Shown here piece after piece: positions 8,790 through 18,087 of a stretch of DNA of 64,000 bases. Position 1 is the stretch's first letter; each line of letters begins with the position of its first letter. The position numbers and the translations under genes were made by a program. The notes under the pieces were generated by a model, which worked only from the letters and a program-made list of their open reading frames with translations, did not search any database and had not been told where the DNA came from. Source of the DNA: Limisphaerales bacterium (GTDB lineage Bacteria > Verrucomicrobiota > Verrucomicrobiia > Limisphaerales > JADJPG01); assembly GCA_044230345.1 (NCBI GenBank), contig JBGARF010000017.1, forward strand, positions 24,946-88,945, read 5' to 3'.

Positions 8790-10700
8790 TTAATCCAGGC
8801 AGGCCTGTCCCGGCGTGCCGAAACAACCGTCGACGGGCTGCGGATTGATCAGGCGGAAGAACATCTGGCGTTCACCGGATTTGACGATGACGCAGCGGTG
8901 GCCTTTCTCAACCTTGCCTTGGTCTTCCAGCGTCACCCAGCGGGCGGGAGCCAGTCGGGAGGAAGCTTGGAGCAGGTAGCCGGCCGGCGGTTCCGGCCAG
9001 CAGATGCGGACCAGTTCCTTGTCGATTCGCTCAATATCCAGGGCCGGACCGAGCTGCGGTTGGGTGACGTTGCCGATGGGCGTGGTGCCCAACAGGGCAT
9101 ACGAGCCGGCGACGGCTTCGTCGTTGGCGCTCTCCACAAATACCAGGAGTTCCCGGTCGAGGTATTGCGGGCGTTGCAGGATGAGGAAATTGCCGCCTTC
9201 ACGCACCTTGGGGGGGAGGTCTTCGATGGTGCCCTGAAAGGTGACGATGAAGTTGCCGTTCGCGGGCAGGTTGCGGGTGCCAAACTGTTCGACCTTTTCG
9301 ATCCGTTTCTCCCGCTCGAGCCGGTCGAGCAGTCGGCGGTTCAGGTCTTTCAGCTCGAGCTTGAGGCCGGAGACGTCGGCGAGCAGCAATCGGGAGAGTC
9401 GATTCACGCGTGAGTCCGACGTTGTGAGGACGATGCCGCGGGCGCGGATGACGGGCGGCGGGGCGATGGTCAGCTCGCCGTTGTCAGTGGCCGGGGACGC
9501 GGCGGCGGCGGCGGCGGAAATGTTGAACTCGTTGTTGTATTCGTGCGACGAGACCAAGGATGCGGTGCACGGGGTTCCGATCGAATCGAGAGCGATGGCC
9601 GAAACGACCGTCCAGTCCCAGACGTCTTGTTCGATGCCGACGTGGATGAGTTCGCCGGGGGCGATGGGCGCGTTAGGATTGCTCCAGACGTGGAGGCGAT
9701 CGTCCTTAAATCCGGGGACGGCGTTGTTGGCGTAGGCGGTGAAGACGTAGGGGCTGCCGGAAGCGGGGCCATCGTAGCGCGCGTAGAGGGTGGGGTTATC
9801 GGTTCCACGGGTGCGGATACGAAATTCGCGAGTCTCGATGCTGTTGCACTGGTAGTCCCAGTTGACGGCGAGCGTGCGGAACCCGAGGGGGCTGGCTGCG
9901 GCGACGTTGAACTGGATCTTGCCCTGCGCGGTTTGGCGACCCAGTAGCGGGTTGCCGGCGTTGCGTTGGTTTCCGCACAACGTGGCCAGCGCCCAGTTGC
10001 TGGGGCCGGCGGTGCGGGTGTCGATGTCGATCTCGGCCGGGTCCGTGGCGTTGACCCGCTGGAAGTCGATGGTTTGGCCGGCGTAGGAGCGGTTGAAGGC
10101 GTCAAGTTCGTCGAATGATAGGATGTGGTTATAGTTCCCGGTGCCGATCGTGCTGTTCATCACCTCATTGCCGGTGGCCGGGCAGGTGATGAAGCCTCCG
10201 CCGGACGGGCAGAAGTTGCGGGTGGACCCCGCCCCGAAGTCTGGGTGGTGGAAGCCCATGAGATGGCCGATTTCATGGAGGCAGATCGATCGGATATCCC
10301 CGAAGGGCGCCACGCCGTTGCGCCGGAAATTAGCGGCACCGGTCCGTGGCGTGGTCCCGGCCCGTTCCCAGGTTTCGAACGCGAGATCGATCTGTTGTTT
10401 GATGGCGGAGTTCAGATTGGGATGTGCCGCCGTGTTCGCGAAGGCGGTGTCGAAGGCGGCGGTGTAGCGATAGCGGATGACGACCGGACCCGGCGGATTG
10501 GGGGGCGTGCCCCACCACCAGCGATCGTTCGGATTGGCGACGATGTCCGCCGCCTGGCCGGCGGTGGTGCAGAATGCCGGCAATTGCGTGCCGGAATCGA
10601 TTAAGGTGAAGGCGTCGGCGCCCTGCGGCGCGATCGTGGTGAGGATCGTCAATCCCAGCAGCGTCCGCTGAAGAGACGAGTACGGCGTTAATGGTGTCAT
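8790..10700 (-). CDS. secreted zinc metalloprotease (metzincin/matrixin-like HExxHxxGxxH)
   Basis: HEIGHLMGFHH motif. Likely start is M40 (ATG at 10700), giving a signal-like LLGLTILTTIAPQGADA. C-terminal shared module ends FFRL and is followed by a short Cys-x-Cys tail. Confidence 0.8.
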   Translation of the reverse strand: MTPLTPYSSLQRTLLGLTILTTIAPQGADAFTLIDSGTQLPAFCTTAGQAADIVANPNDRWWWGTPPNPPGPVVIRYRYTAAFDTAFANTAAHPNLNSAIKQQIDLAFETWERAGTTPRTGAANFRRNGVAPFGDIRSICLHEIGHLMGFHHPDFGAGSTRNFCPSGGGFITCPATGNEVMNSTIGTGNYNHILSFDELDAFNRSYAGQTIDFQRVNATDPAEIDIDTRTAGPSNWALATLCGNQRNAGNPLLGRQTAQGKIQFNVAAASPLGFRTLAVNWDYQCNSIETREFRIRTRGTDNPTLYARYDGPASGSPYVFTAYANNAVPGFKDDRLHVWSNPNAPIAPGELIHVGIEQDVWDWTVVSAIALDSIGTPCTASLVSSHEYNNEFNISAAAAAASPATDNGELTIAPPPVIRARGIVLTTSDSRVNRLSRLLLADVSGLKLELKDLNRRLLDRLEREKRIEKVEQFGTRNLPANGNFIVTFQGTIEDLPPKVREGGNFLILQRPQYLDRELLVFVESANDEAVAGSYALLGTTPIGNVTQPQLGPALDIERIDKELVRICWPEPPAGYLLQASSRLAPARWVTLEDQGKVEKGHRCVIVKSGERQMFFRLINPQPVDGCFGTPGQACLD

Positions 10701-10896
10701 GGTGTTTTTCCGAGGACCGATCTTGGTCCTGCTCTCCTGTGTGCAGTGGCCATCAGACGGCAGGCGGCGTCGATTGTCCACGCTAGATTTTTGGGATTTA
10801 TGACTCCATGACCCCATGACTCCGGCCTTCGCTCGACTTCCTCGAGGATTTTATAGCTGCCTCGGCGCGCGGCCTTGACTAGCTTCGGCGCCACTT

Positions 10897-11694
10897 ATGA
10901 ATGCAATGCACGAAATTGACTATCAGATCTTCGGGGACGACATGCAGTTCGTGGAGGTGGAATTGGATCCAGCCGAGGCGGTCGTGGCTGAGGCGGGTGG
11001 GATGATGTTCATGGAGCAGGGGGTCGAGATGGAAACGATCTTCGGCGACGGATCGCAGCAGAACACCGGGTTTCTGGGCAGCCTGCTCGGCGCCGGCAAG
11101 CGCTTGCTCACGGGCGAGTCGCTGTTCATGACGGTCTTCCAGAACCAGGGGCAGGGAAAAAAGAAGGTGGCCTTTGGCGCGCCGTATCCGGGCAAGATTA
11201 TTCCGCTCAAGCTCTCGCAGCTCGGGGGGGAGGTGTGGTGTCAAAAGGACTCGTTTCTGTGCGCAGCAAAAGGCGTCAGTGTCGGCATCGCCTTCAATAA
11301 AAAGATCGGGGCCGGCCTGTTCGGTGGCGAGGGTTTCATCATGCAGCGATTGCAGGGGGATGGCTGGGCGTTTGTCCATGCCGGCGGAACCATTGTGCAA
11401 AAGGAGCTCGGCATGGGCGAAACCCTGCGTGTGGACACCGGCTGCATCGTCGCGTTCCAGCCGACGGTGCAGTTCGACATTCAATACGTGGGAAAGATCA
11501 AGACGGCGTTGTTCGGCGGGGAAGGCTTGTTTTTTGCGACCCTGCGCGGCCCCGGCCATGTCTGGTTGCAATCCCTTCCGTTCAGCCGCCTGGCTGATCG
11601 CATCACCGCAGCGTCACCACGAACTGGCCGCGGCGGCAGTGAAGAGGGCTCCGTGCTCGGCGGTCTAGGCCGGTTGCTCGACGGAGACCGATGA
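10897..11694 (+). CDS. TIGR00266 / AIM24 (DUF124) family protein
   Basis: 265 aa. Family-typical strings: [67 protein letters not shown]. Confidence 0.85.
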   Translation: MNAMHEIDYQIFGDDMQFVEVELDPAEAVVAEAGGMMFMEQGVEMETIFGDGSQQNTGFLGSLLGAGKRLLTGESLFMTVFQNQGQGKKKVAFGAPYPGKIIPLKLSQLGGEVWCQKDSFLCAAKGVSVGIAFNKKIGAGLFGGEGFIMQRLQGDGWAFVHAGGTIVQKELGMGETLRVDTGCIVAFQPTVQFDIQYVGKIKTALFGGEGLFFATLRGPGHVWLQSLPFSRLADRITAASPRTGRGGSEEGSVLGGLGRLLDGDR

Positions 11695-11747
11695 TGGGCG
11701 AGTGGTGAGCGGCCAGTCGGGCGGCCTCTTTCGATGAACCTTTCCTC

Positions 11748-11854
11748 CGGAGCGCGGGCCTGCGGCCCGCAGCGGGTGGAATCGGCCACGCACGAACGAA
11801 CCTTCGGGCGTCGTCTCCGAGTCGGGCCGCTGCGGGCTGAAAGCCCGCGGTCCG
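11748..11854. repeat. intergenic GC-rich repeat family A, copy 2 (inverted relative to copy 1)
   Basis: Reverse complement aligns base-for-base with most of 8468..8585. Confidence 0.85.
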
Positions 11855-11868
11855 TCCGAGCAGTCGCA

Positions 11869-11918
11869 GGTTCATGTCCTGTGAGCAGGCCAAAAAGGAA
11901 CGGGTGTCTTCCCGAGAG
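11869..11918. repeat. repeat family B copy (reverse orientation)
   Basis: Reverse complement (ctctcgggaagacacccgttcctttttggcctgctcacaggacatgaacc) matches the catgggaagc...cccgttcttttt-agacctgctcac...catgaacc unit seen at 23819, 24026 and 25350-25405. Confidence 0.7.
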
Positions 11919-11921
11919 CGC

Positions 11922-11949
11922 ACTGACTACTGAGTGCTGACTACTGCGC
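11922..11949. repeat. period-7 micro-array (actgact/actgagt/gctgact/actgcgc)
   Basis: Four 7-bp units straddle the TAG stop (11941..11943, minus) of the membrane-protein gene. Confidence 0.7.
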
Positions 11950-13641
11950 CTGCCCGTGCATGAGATCGAATGCGTTGCGGTTATAGAAGCGGGCGTAGAG
12001 GCGGAAGACGGCCCAGGAAAGGACGGCGGTTGCGGCGAGACTTGCAAGGCTGGCGGGCAGCGGGGCGAAGAACGTTCCGGCGGTGGTCCCGATGAGGCCG
12101 ACGAGGAGCGGGCCGAAGGTGGCGAATAGTTTGAGTGAGCGTCCGAGTGGGCCGCGCGTGTCATTCGTGCCCACGGAGAACTGGAGTGCGACCACGATGG
12201 GTTGCCAGCAGAGGAGGAGGGCCATGCTCTTTGCGCCGAAAAGGAGTCCCGTGCTCCAACCGTGGCTGTTGAGGTGGCCGATCGCCGTGCTGGCGACAAG
12301 GGCAACGGGCGCGAACGCGAGCAGGCGCACGAAGCCGACTTTCAACAGGAACCTCGACATCTCACGGAAGCCAACGGGAAGACCGGCATAAGCGGGAAAC
12401 GACGTGCCTGCCATCTGGACCATCGACAGGCCAACGCACGGTGTGCCGAGAAGCGGCACAGCGTTGGTCGCGGCAAAGTAAAGTCCGAGATAAGACAGCC
12501 AGAGGCCGGATGGGCCGAGAGTCAAAGCTGCCATCAGAGCCGCGGCGACGAGGATGCTGCCGCGGCGCAGATTGGCCGTCCAGTCGGTGTGTCCGGCGGT
12601 GAGGAATTCGGCGAGATCCCGTTCCCGAGGGGAAAGGAAGCGGTTCAGCCATCGCTCCAGAATTTGCGGATGGGCCCAGGGCGACGTGGGGCGACGCCAG
12701 GATTCGGCAACCCAGCGAGCCTGTTCCGGGTCGACCGCACTGGGGGCGGAGGAATTCATCCCGGCGTCTGCGGGTTCAGGCAGGGCTGGCTCGGCCTCGG
12801 CGTCGTGGTCGCCGAAGTCATCGGAATCGTCCGTGGCGAACAGGCGGTAATTCGCGCTGAGACGTTTGCGGGCATGGTGCAGGGCCGGGGCGAGCAAGGC
12901 GACGGGCAGAAGGAGCAGGAGAGGGAGGAGGGAGGTTCCGAGCACAGCCTCCCGGATGACGTAACAGATCCATCCGAAGGGCGGGATGGTAAAGAACGGA
13001 CCGCTGGCCCCGTTGAGCAGGCGGGCGGTGGTTTCCGGTAGATAGAATCCCGCAATGACCGTGGTTAGAATCAGGAGAAACAGCGCGCTCGAGAGGGCGC
13101 TGAAGTTTGCTCCGGGTCGGAGGCGGACGAACAGGGTGGCGATCGAGACCACCGACATCCACAAGGCCAGCGCGCAGGGAATGGCGGTCAGCCATTGGAG
13201 GAGGCTGGCTTGGGCGAAAGTGCAGACGACGGCGAGGGCGGCGGCGAGGTCGACCAGCAGCCAAAGGCAGGTGCGGACAAACGCCCGCCATTGGTGCACG
13301 AAGATGGCTTCGTCGCCGATGGGTTGGAGGGCGAGTACCAGGATGGACGGGGCGCCGTAGAGATGAAAGCGGAGGCGGTTGGCGTAGTGCACGGCGAAGC
13401 CGGCGCACCAGATGGCGACGAGGCCGAGCATGGCATCCAGGCTGGCCTGGTGTTCACCCAGTTTGGCCAGCGAGATCCCGAGCAACGCGCTGGCCAGTCC
13501 CCGCAGGAGAGATTGTGGCGTGTCGTATCGGCGATTGCTGCGGGTTCTCTGGTATTCGCGGCGTTGGGCGGGGGATGCCTTGATTCCGCGGTGGACGCGC
13601 CGGCGGACCGAACGTTCGAACCGACGGTCGCGCAGGTTCAT
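11941..13641 (-). CDS. polytopic membrane protein of unknown family, probable permease partner of the upstream ABC ATPase
   Basis: 566 aa. Two blocks of hydrophobic helices are separated by an acidic linker (DDSDDFGDHDAEAE). Its ATG overlaps the ATPase stop in an ATGA junction at 13638..13641. Confidence 0.7.
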   Translation of the reverse strand: MNLRDRRFERSVRRRVHRGIKASPAQRREYQRTRSNRRYDTPQSLLRGLASALLGISLAKLGEHQASLDAMLGLVAIWCAGFAVHYANRLRFHLYGAPSILVLALQPIGDEAIFVHQWRAFVRTCLWLLVDLAAALAVVCTFAQASLLQWLTAIPCALALWMSVVSIATLFVRLRPGANFSALSSALFLLILTTVIAGFYLPETTARLLNGASGPFFTIPPFGWICYVIREAVLGTSLLPLLLLLPVALLAPALHHARKRLSANYRLFATDDSDDFGDHDAEAEPALPEPADAGMNSSAPSAVDPEQARWVAESWRRPTSPWAHPQILERWLNRFLSPRERDLAEFLTAGHTDWTANLRRGSILVAAALMAALTLGPSGLWLSYLGLYFAATNAVPLLGTPCVGLSMVQMAGTSFPAYAGLPVGFREMSRFLLKVGFVRLLAFAPVALVASTAIGHLNSHGWSTGLLFGAKSMALLLCWQPIVVALQFSVGTNDTRGPLGRSLKLFATFGPLLVGLIGTTAGTFFAPLPASLASLAATAVLSWAVFRLYARFYNRNAFDLMHGQAQ

Positions 13642-14372
13642 TCTTCCTCCCGCAGTTCGCGGAAAATCTGGTCGAGGACCGTGCCGTGCTCGGACTGACG
13701 CCGGGCTTCGAGGTTGCGCACGCTGTCGAAGGCGCGGACCTCGCCGCGATGGATGACACAGACGCGGTCAGAGAAACGCTCGGCCACATCGAGGATCTGG
13801 GTCGAATACACAATCGTGCGGCCGCGTGCCGCGGCCTCGTGGCAGCATTTCTTGAAGGCTTGAATGCCGTGAGGGTCCATCCCGGAGGCGAAAGGTTCGT
13901 CCAGCAGCCACAACTCTGGATCGACGGTGACCAGGGTGGCGAATGCCGCCTTGTAGCGCTGGCCGCGTGAGAGATGGCCGAAGTTTTTTCGCGCCAGCGG
14001 CAGCAGATCAAACTCGCCGAGCAACGCGAGGAATCGTTCTTCCGCACCGGCGGCGTCCCGCTCATAGAGGCGCAGCAGCATGCCGGCGTGCCGGATGACG
14101 TCCCAGTGCTCGAAGACGATCGGGAAATCAGGCAGAAACCCGATGCGCCGCCGCAGATCCAGGCGGTCGCGCAGGAACGGCTGGTCGTCGTAGAGCACAT
14201 CGCCACGGTCGGGCGCGGCAATGCCGGAGAGGCAGCGCAGCAGCGTCGTCTTGCCGGCCCCGTTCGGACCGAGCAGCGCAATGATTTCACCCGCGGGAAA
14301 TTCGAGCCGGACACGATCGAGCGCTGCGGTTTTCCCGAACCGTTTGCTGACGCCACTGAGTTCGATTTTCAT
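13638..14372 (-). CDS. ABC transporter ATP-binding protein
   Basis: Walker A GPNGAGKTT, signature LSRGQRYK, Walker B LWLLDEPF. 244 aa. Confidence 0.9.
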   Translation of the reverse strand: MKIELSGVSKRFGKTAALDRVRLEFPAGEIIALLGPNGAGKTTLLRCLSGIAAPDRGDVLYDDQPFLRDRLDLRRRIGFLPDFPIVFEHWDVIRHAGMLLRLYERDAAGAEERFLALLGEFDLLPLARKNFGHLSRGQRYKAAFATLVTVDPELWLLDEPFASGMDPHGIQAFKKCCHEAAARGRTIVYSTQILDVAERFSDRVCVIHRGEVRAFDSVRNLEARRQSEHGTVLDQIFRELREEE

Positions 14373-14767
14373 CCGGAATGTGATCGGCCCCCAGGCAGAG
14401 GCGGCGCAAAGCTGTAGTGGTCAGCCGCAGGAATTCCAAGCACGAAGTGGTCGCAGAGGAGATCAGGTTCGGGGGTGTTTAAAAGTGGGTGAAGGCAGGG
14501 CGGACGTTCCGCAAGTGTGCGGATGCTAGGCACCGGGTCTGGCCGGGCCAGGCTTAATCTTGATCGCCGCGCCAGCGCTTGCGTGCTCCATCCAAAGCGG
14601 TGCTGCGCCCCGCACGCCACGATGCTGGCGCGACAGCCTGGCGCCCGCAGACACGCGGAGCGTCATGGAGTGCGGCGGCACCGCCGCCTTCGCGTTGAAT
14701 CCATCGCCCGCCACGCTCGGGGCTTCACCCGAATTTAATTACACCCGGGATCGGGCGCCGGGGGCAA

Positions 14768-15958
14768 TCACTCCAGCTGGAGATCGCGGCGGACAGCAGC
14801 AAAGGCGTCGAGGGCCTTCTGCAGATCCTCCTGCGTGTGGGCGGCGGAGATCTGCGTGCGAATGCGGGCCTTGTCCTTCGGCACGACGGGGTAGCTGAAG
14901 CCGATGACGTAAACGCCGCGCTCCAGCATGGCGTCGGCGACCCGGCTGGCGAGGGCGGCATCGCCGAGCATGACCGGGCAGATGGGGTGTGTGCCGGGTA
15001 GAACCTTGAATCCAAGGCGGTTCATGCCTTCGCGAAAGAATCGGGTGTTGGCTTCGAGGCGGTCCCGCAATTCGGTCGAGGCGCTGAGCAGTTCGATCAC
15101 CTTGAGCGAAGCGCCGGCGATGGCTGGAGCGAGCGTGTTGCTGAAGAGATAGGGCCGCGAACGTTGCCGGAGCAGTTCAATGATCTCGCGGCGGCCGCTC
15201 GTGTAGCCGCCGCTGGCGCCGCCGAGCGCCTTGCCGAGCGTCCCCGTGATGAGATCGACGCGTTGCATCACGCCACAGTGCTCGTGCGTTCCCCGTCCGG
15301 TCCGGCCCATAAACCCCACCGCGTGCGAATCGTCGACCATCACGAGCGCGTCGTGTCGATCAGCGAGATCGCAGATGACGGACAGATTGGCGATGTAGCC
15401 GTCCATGGAGAAAACGCCGTCAGTGGCAATCAATTTGAACCGTGTGCTGGACGCTTCCTTCAACCGGGCTTCGAGTTCCGCCATGTTGTTGTTCGCATAG
15501 CGGAAGCGGTTCGCCTTGCAGAGCCGGATGCCGTCGATGATCGAGGCGTGGTTGAGTTCGTCGCTGATGATGGCGTCCTCGGGACCGAGCAACGTTTCAA
15601 AGAGCCCGCCGTTGGCATCGAAACAGGAGCTGTAAAGGATCGTGTCCTCGGTGCCAAGGAACTCGCTCAGTCTTTGTTCGAGCTGCTTGTGGACGCCCTG
15701 GGTGCCGCAGATGAACCGGACGCTGGCGAGGCCGTAGCCCCATTCGTCAATCGCGGCCTTGGCGGCGGCGGCGACGGCGGGGTGCTGGGCGAGGCCCAAA
15801 TAATTGTTCGCGCACAGATTCAACACGGGCTGGCCGTCCTTCACCCGAATGGTGGTGCCTTGCGGCGTGACGATGACCCTTTCGCGTTTATAGGTGCCGG
15901 CGGCGCGGATGGAATCGAGCTGCTGACGGAGATTGTTTTGCAAGGCGGCGGTGAACAT
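14768..15958 (-). CDS. kbl: glycine C-acetyltransferase (2-amino-3-ketobutyrate CoA ligase)
   Basis: 396 aa, collinear with Kbl: [26 protein letters not shown], and PLP-lysine region TLGKALGG. Confidence 0.92.
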   Translation of the reverse strand: MFTAALQNNLRQQLDSIRAAGTYKRERVIVTPQGTTIRVKDGQPVLNLCANNYLGLAQHPAVAAAAKAAIDEWGYGLASVRFICGTQGVHKQLEQRLSEFLGTEDTILYSSCFDANGGLFETLLGPEDAIISDELNHASIIDGIRLCKANRFRYANNNMAELEARLKEASSTRFKLIATDGVFSMDGYIANLSVICDLADRHDALVMVDDSHAVGFMGRTGRGTHEHCGVMQRVDLITGTLGKALGGASGGYTSGRREIIELLRQRSRPYLFSNTLAPAIAGASLKVIELLSASTELRDRLEANTRFFREGMNRLGFKVLPGTHPICPVMLGDAALASRVADAMLERGVYVIGFSYPVVPKDKARIRTQISAAHTQEDLQKALDAFAAVRRDLQLE

Positions 15959-15970
15959 GGGGCGAGTGGT

Positions 15971-16005
15971 TCAGTGTTCAGTGTGCAGTGCTCAGAAGTC
16001 AGGGT
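15971..16005. repeat. period-7 micro-array (tcagtgt x2, gcagtgc, tcagaag, tcagggt)
   Basis: Five 7-bp units. The TGA stop of the TRIC-family gene (15992..15994, minus) is one of the units. Confidence 0.75.
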
Positions 16006-16627
16006 CATTCGGCGCGTCTTTTTCGAGCGTGGGGAGGCCGATTTTCCAGCGGATACCCGCCAGGCGGAGCGCGAGGGTGGTGGCCATCGCCGTGGTGGTC
16101 GCGGTGACTTCGAGCACGCCGAGTTGGTGAAGTCCCACGTAGAGGGTGGCGCCGCCGAGCGCGGCGGTGGCGTAGAGGTTGATTTCCCGACGGAAGACGA
16201 GCGGGACCTCGCCGACAAGCACGTCGCGAATGATGCCGCCGGCCACGCCCGTGATCACACCGAGGAGGATGGCGATGGCCGGGGTGAAGTGCAGGTGAAC
16301 GCCTTTGCGCACTCCGATCAGCGTGAACAGCGCGAGCGCGCCGGCGTCGGCGATGACCAAGATGCGTTCCGGGAGCGCGCGGCGCTGGATGATGAAGAAC
16401 GTGGCGGTGGCGGTGACCGCGGCATTGAGCAGGTATTCAGAAGAACGCATCCAGACAGGCGGAAGGTCGCCGGCGAGGACGTCGCGAACCGTTCCCCCGC
16501 CAAAGGCGGTGACGAGCGCGAGAACAAGGATGCCAAAAAGGTCGATGCGTTTGCCGCGGGCGGCGAGCACGCCGGTGATGGCGGCGACGGCAATGCCGAC
16601 TTGCTCGAGGGCAAGCTGGAGGGTCAT
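15992..16627 (-). CDS. trimeric intracellular cation channel family protein (UPF0126, YadS/YicG-like)
   Basis: 211 aa. Duplicated glycine-rich motif (FGGGTVRDVL and VAGGIIRDVL) typical of UPF0126. Confidence 0.85.
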   Translation of the reverse strand: MTLQLALEQVGIAVAAITGVLAARGKRIDLFGILVLALVTAFGGGTVRDVLAGDLPPVWMRSSEYLLNAAVTATATFFIIQRRALPERILVIADAGALALFTLIGVRKGVHLHFTPAIAILLGVITGVAGGIIRDVLVGEVPLVFRREINLYATAALGGATLYVGLHQLGVLEVTATTTAMATTLALRLAGIRWKIGLPTLEKDAPNDPDF

Positions 16628-18018
16628 GGCTTGGGCAGCGGCTGTTCGAGCTCAGGTGGCCGGCTGGCCGGGGGACGCGACAAGCGCTCGCCGGATTTGG
16701 AGTAACCGTCGACAAAGCCGCCGTGGCTCAGGAAGAACCGGCCGTTTTCCAGACCCATGAACCGATCCAGCCGGTCAGCCTTCCCCGTGCCGTCGTGAGT
16801 GAAGCGGGCGGTCGTCAGCTCCTGCCATTCGCCGGAGCTCGTGCGAATCCATTGCCGGCCGTAGAGGGCCTTGCGACGGAGATGTCCATTCGAGCCGCCG
16901 AAGTTTTCGCTAAACGAGTAAAGGCCGCGCAGCCAGCCACCGTCCTTCGGAGCGCGCCATGATGAAATGAGCATCCAGGCCTTTCGGTCGGGATGAAAAT
17001 AGTAGCCGCTGTAGATGGTGAATGTTTGGTTGGTGGGCTGGGCGGTGACGAGGAAGCGTTGCACCTCGCCCGTGCGCCACTGGAACTTCAAGTGACTGTG
17101 TCCCCCCGTTCCTTCATTCCCGAAATCGCCCGCGTTGACGTCTTCACCTTTGGCCAGGAGCGTGACGCGGTTTTCGTCCGCCACCTTTTTACGGTCGACC
17201 CCTTCGTTGCCACTGTCCCAAACGCTGAAGATGATGCGCCGTTCGGTCGGGCTGTTGACCTGCATGCCGAAGTATCCGCGGTGCCATCCACACGCCATGT
17301 AGTAGGTGTAAATCGGATCGTCGATACCGGTCATCTCGCAATAGAACGCCGCGACATTGGTGCCGCTGGGGACAGGATAACCAAGGTGGACCGAGGCGGC
17401 GTTGCGGCGCGGCTTGAGATTAAAGTGCGCGGAAGCGGCCGCTGGTCCGCCCAGCTTCAGAGCGACGATCTCGCCGGCGGATTGTCCCAATGGATTGAGG
17501 GATTCGAGGGTGAAACGGTGATACCCAGCCCGCACCAGGTTAAAATCTCCGAAACGTGCCGTTGCTGGATTGGTGCCTTGCCCGCTGAATATGATCTCAC
17601 GCGCTTCGCCGGAAACGGTCAGGCGAAGTTTGGACTCCGACTGCTGAGCCAGGCGCAGCTGGATGCTGGCGTCGATGAGCCCGGCGTTCGTGAACGAGCC
17701 GAACCAAAGCACCCGGGTCGAGGGGTCGGTCCAGTTTTGGATTTCGCCAGACCGCGACGAGACTCTCGCGCCTCCGCGGTCCGGTCGGTCCGGTTCGAGA
17801 TAGGCCGTTGCCGCTGGAATGGTCAGCGGAGCGTTGGTGCCAAACGATCCGGATCTGGCGGTGGCGACGTCTGCGGCCGCGGCCGTCGCCGACTGGATAA
17901 CGGCGGCGAGCAGCAATGGAAAAGCGCAACGATGGACGATCCCAAGCCGGCCATGCGATCGAAGGCGGATCGAGTTACGACTATTCATGAATTGCTTGCA
18001 GCGATTGGCATAGGGCAC
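16624..18018 (-). CDS. secreted DUF3472 (plus DUF5077-like N-terminal) domain protein
   Basis: Contains GWHRGYFGMQVNSPTERRIIFSVWDSG, recalled as the DUF3472 core. Signal-like LLLAAVIQSATAAAA. An alternative start lies at 17988. The stop overlaps the TRIC-family start (ATGA). Confidence 0.75.
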   Translation of the reverse strand: MPYANRCKQFMNSRNSIRLRSHGRLGIVHRCAFPLLLAAVIQSATAAAADVATARSGSFGTNAPLTIPAATAYLEPDRPDRGGARVSSRSGEIQNWTDPSTRVLWFGSFTNAGLIDASIQLRLAQQSESKLRLTVSGEAREIIFSGQGTNPATARFGDFNLVRAGYHRFTLESLNPLGQSAGEIVALKLGGPAAASAHFNLKPRRNAASVHLGYPVPSGTNVAAFYCEMTGIDDPIYTYYMACGWHRGYFGMQVNSPTERRIIFSVWDSGNEGVDRKKVADENRVTLLAKGEDVNAGDFGNEGTGGHSHLKFQWRTGEVQRFLVTAQPTNQTFTIYSGYYFHPDRKAWMLISSWRAPKDGGWLRGLYSFSENFGGSNGHLRRKALYGRQWIRTSSGEWQELTTARFTHDGTGKADRLDRFMGLENGRFFLSHGGFVDGYSKSGERLSRPPASRPPELEQPLPKP

Positions 18019-18024
18019 TGAGCA

Positions 18025-18087
18025 CTACTGACTACTGATTACCGATTACTGATTACTGATTACTGATTACTGATTACTGATTACTGA
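18025..18087. repeat. tandem heptanucleotide array, 9 units of (c/t)tac(t/c)ga
   Basis: Read directly: ctactga ctactga ttaccga ttactga x6. It fills the gap between the tdh stop (18088) and the next start (18018) almost completely; only 18019..18024 is left over. Confidence 0.95.

Noticed and set aside
8468-11854. Composite transposon hypothesis for gene(s) bracketed by inverted repeats (also 23819..25405 and 46362..53055)
   Set aside because: No transposase or recombinase is present and I saw no target-site duplications. For two of the three cases, the orientation pattern is equally explained by elements sitting at the 3' ends of transcripts. Kept only as an alternative within the findings.
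15164-16705. 513-aa plus-strand ORF. Similar long antisense ORFs occur at 215..1273, 33541..34947, 57138..58964, 60087..61349, 35755..36906, 37928..38947 and 22525..23628.
   Set aside because: Each lies antisense to a gene with clear family motifs (kbl/TRIC, kinase, ABC ATPase, sigma factor, lnt, rplY, aguA). The translations are low-complexity and Arg/Gly/Asp-rich, as expected for stop-poor shadow frames in GC-rich DNA.
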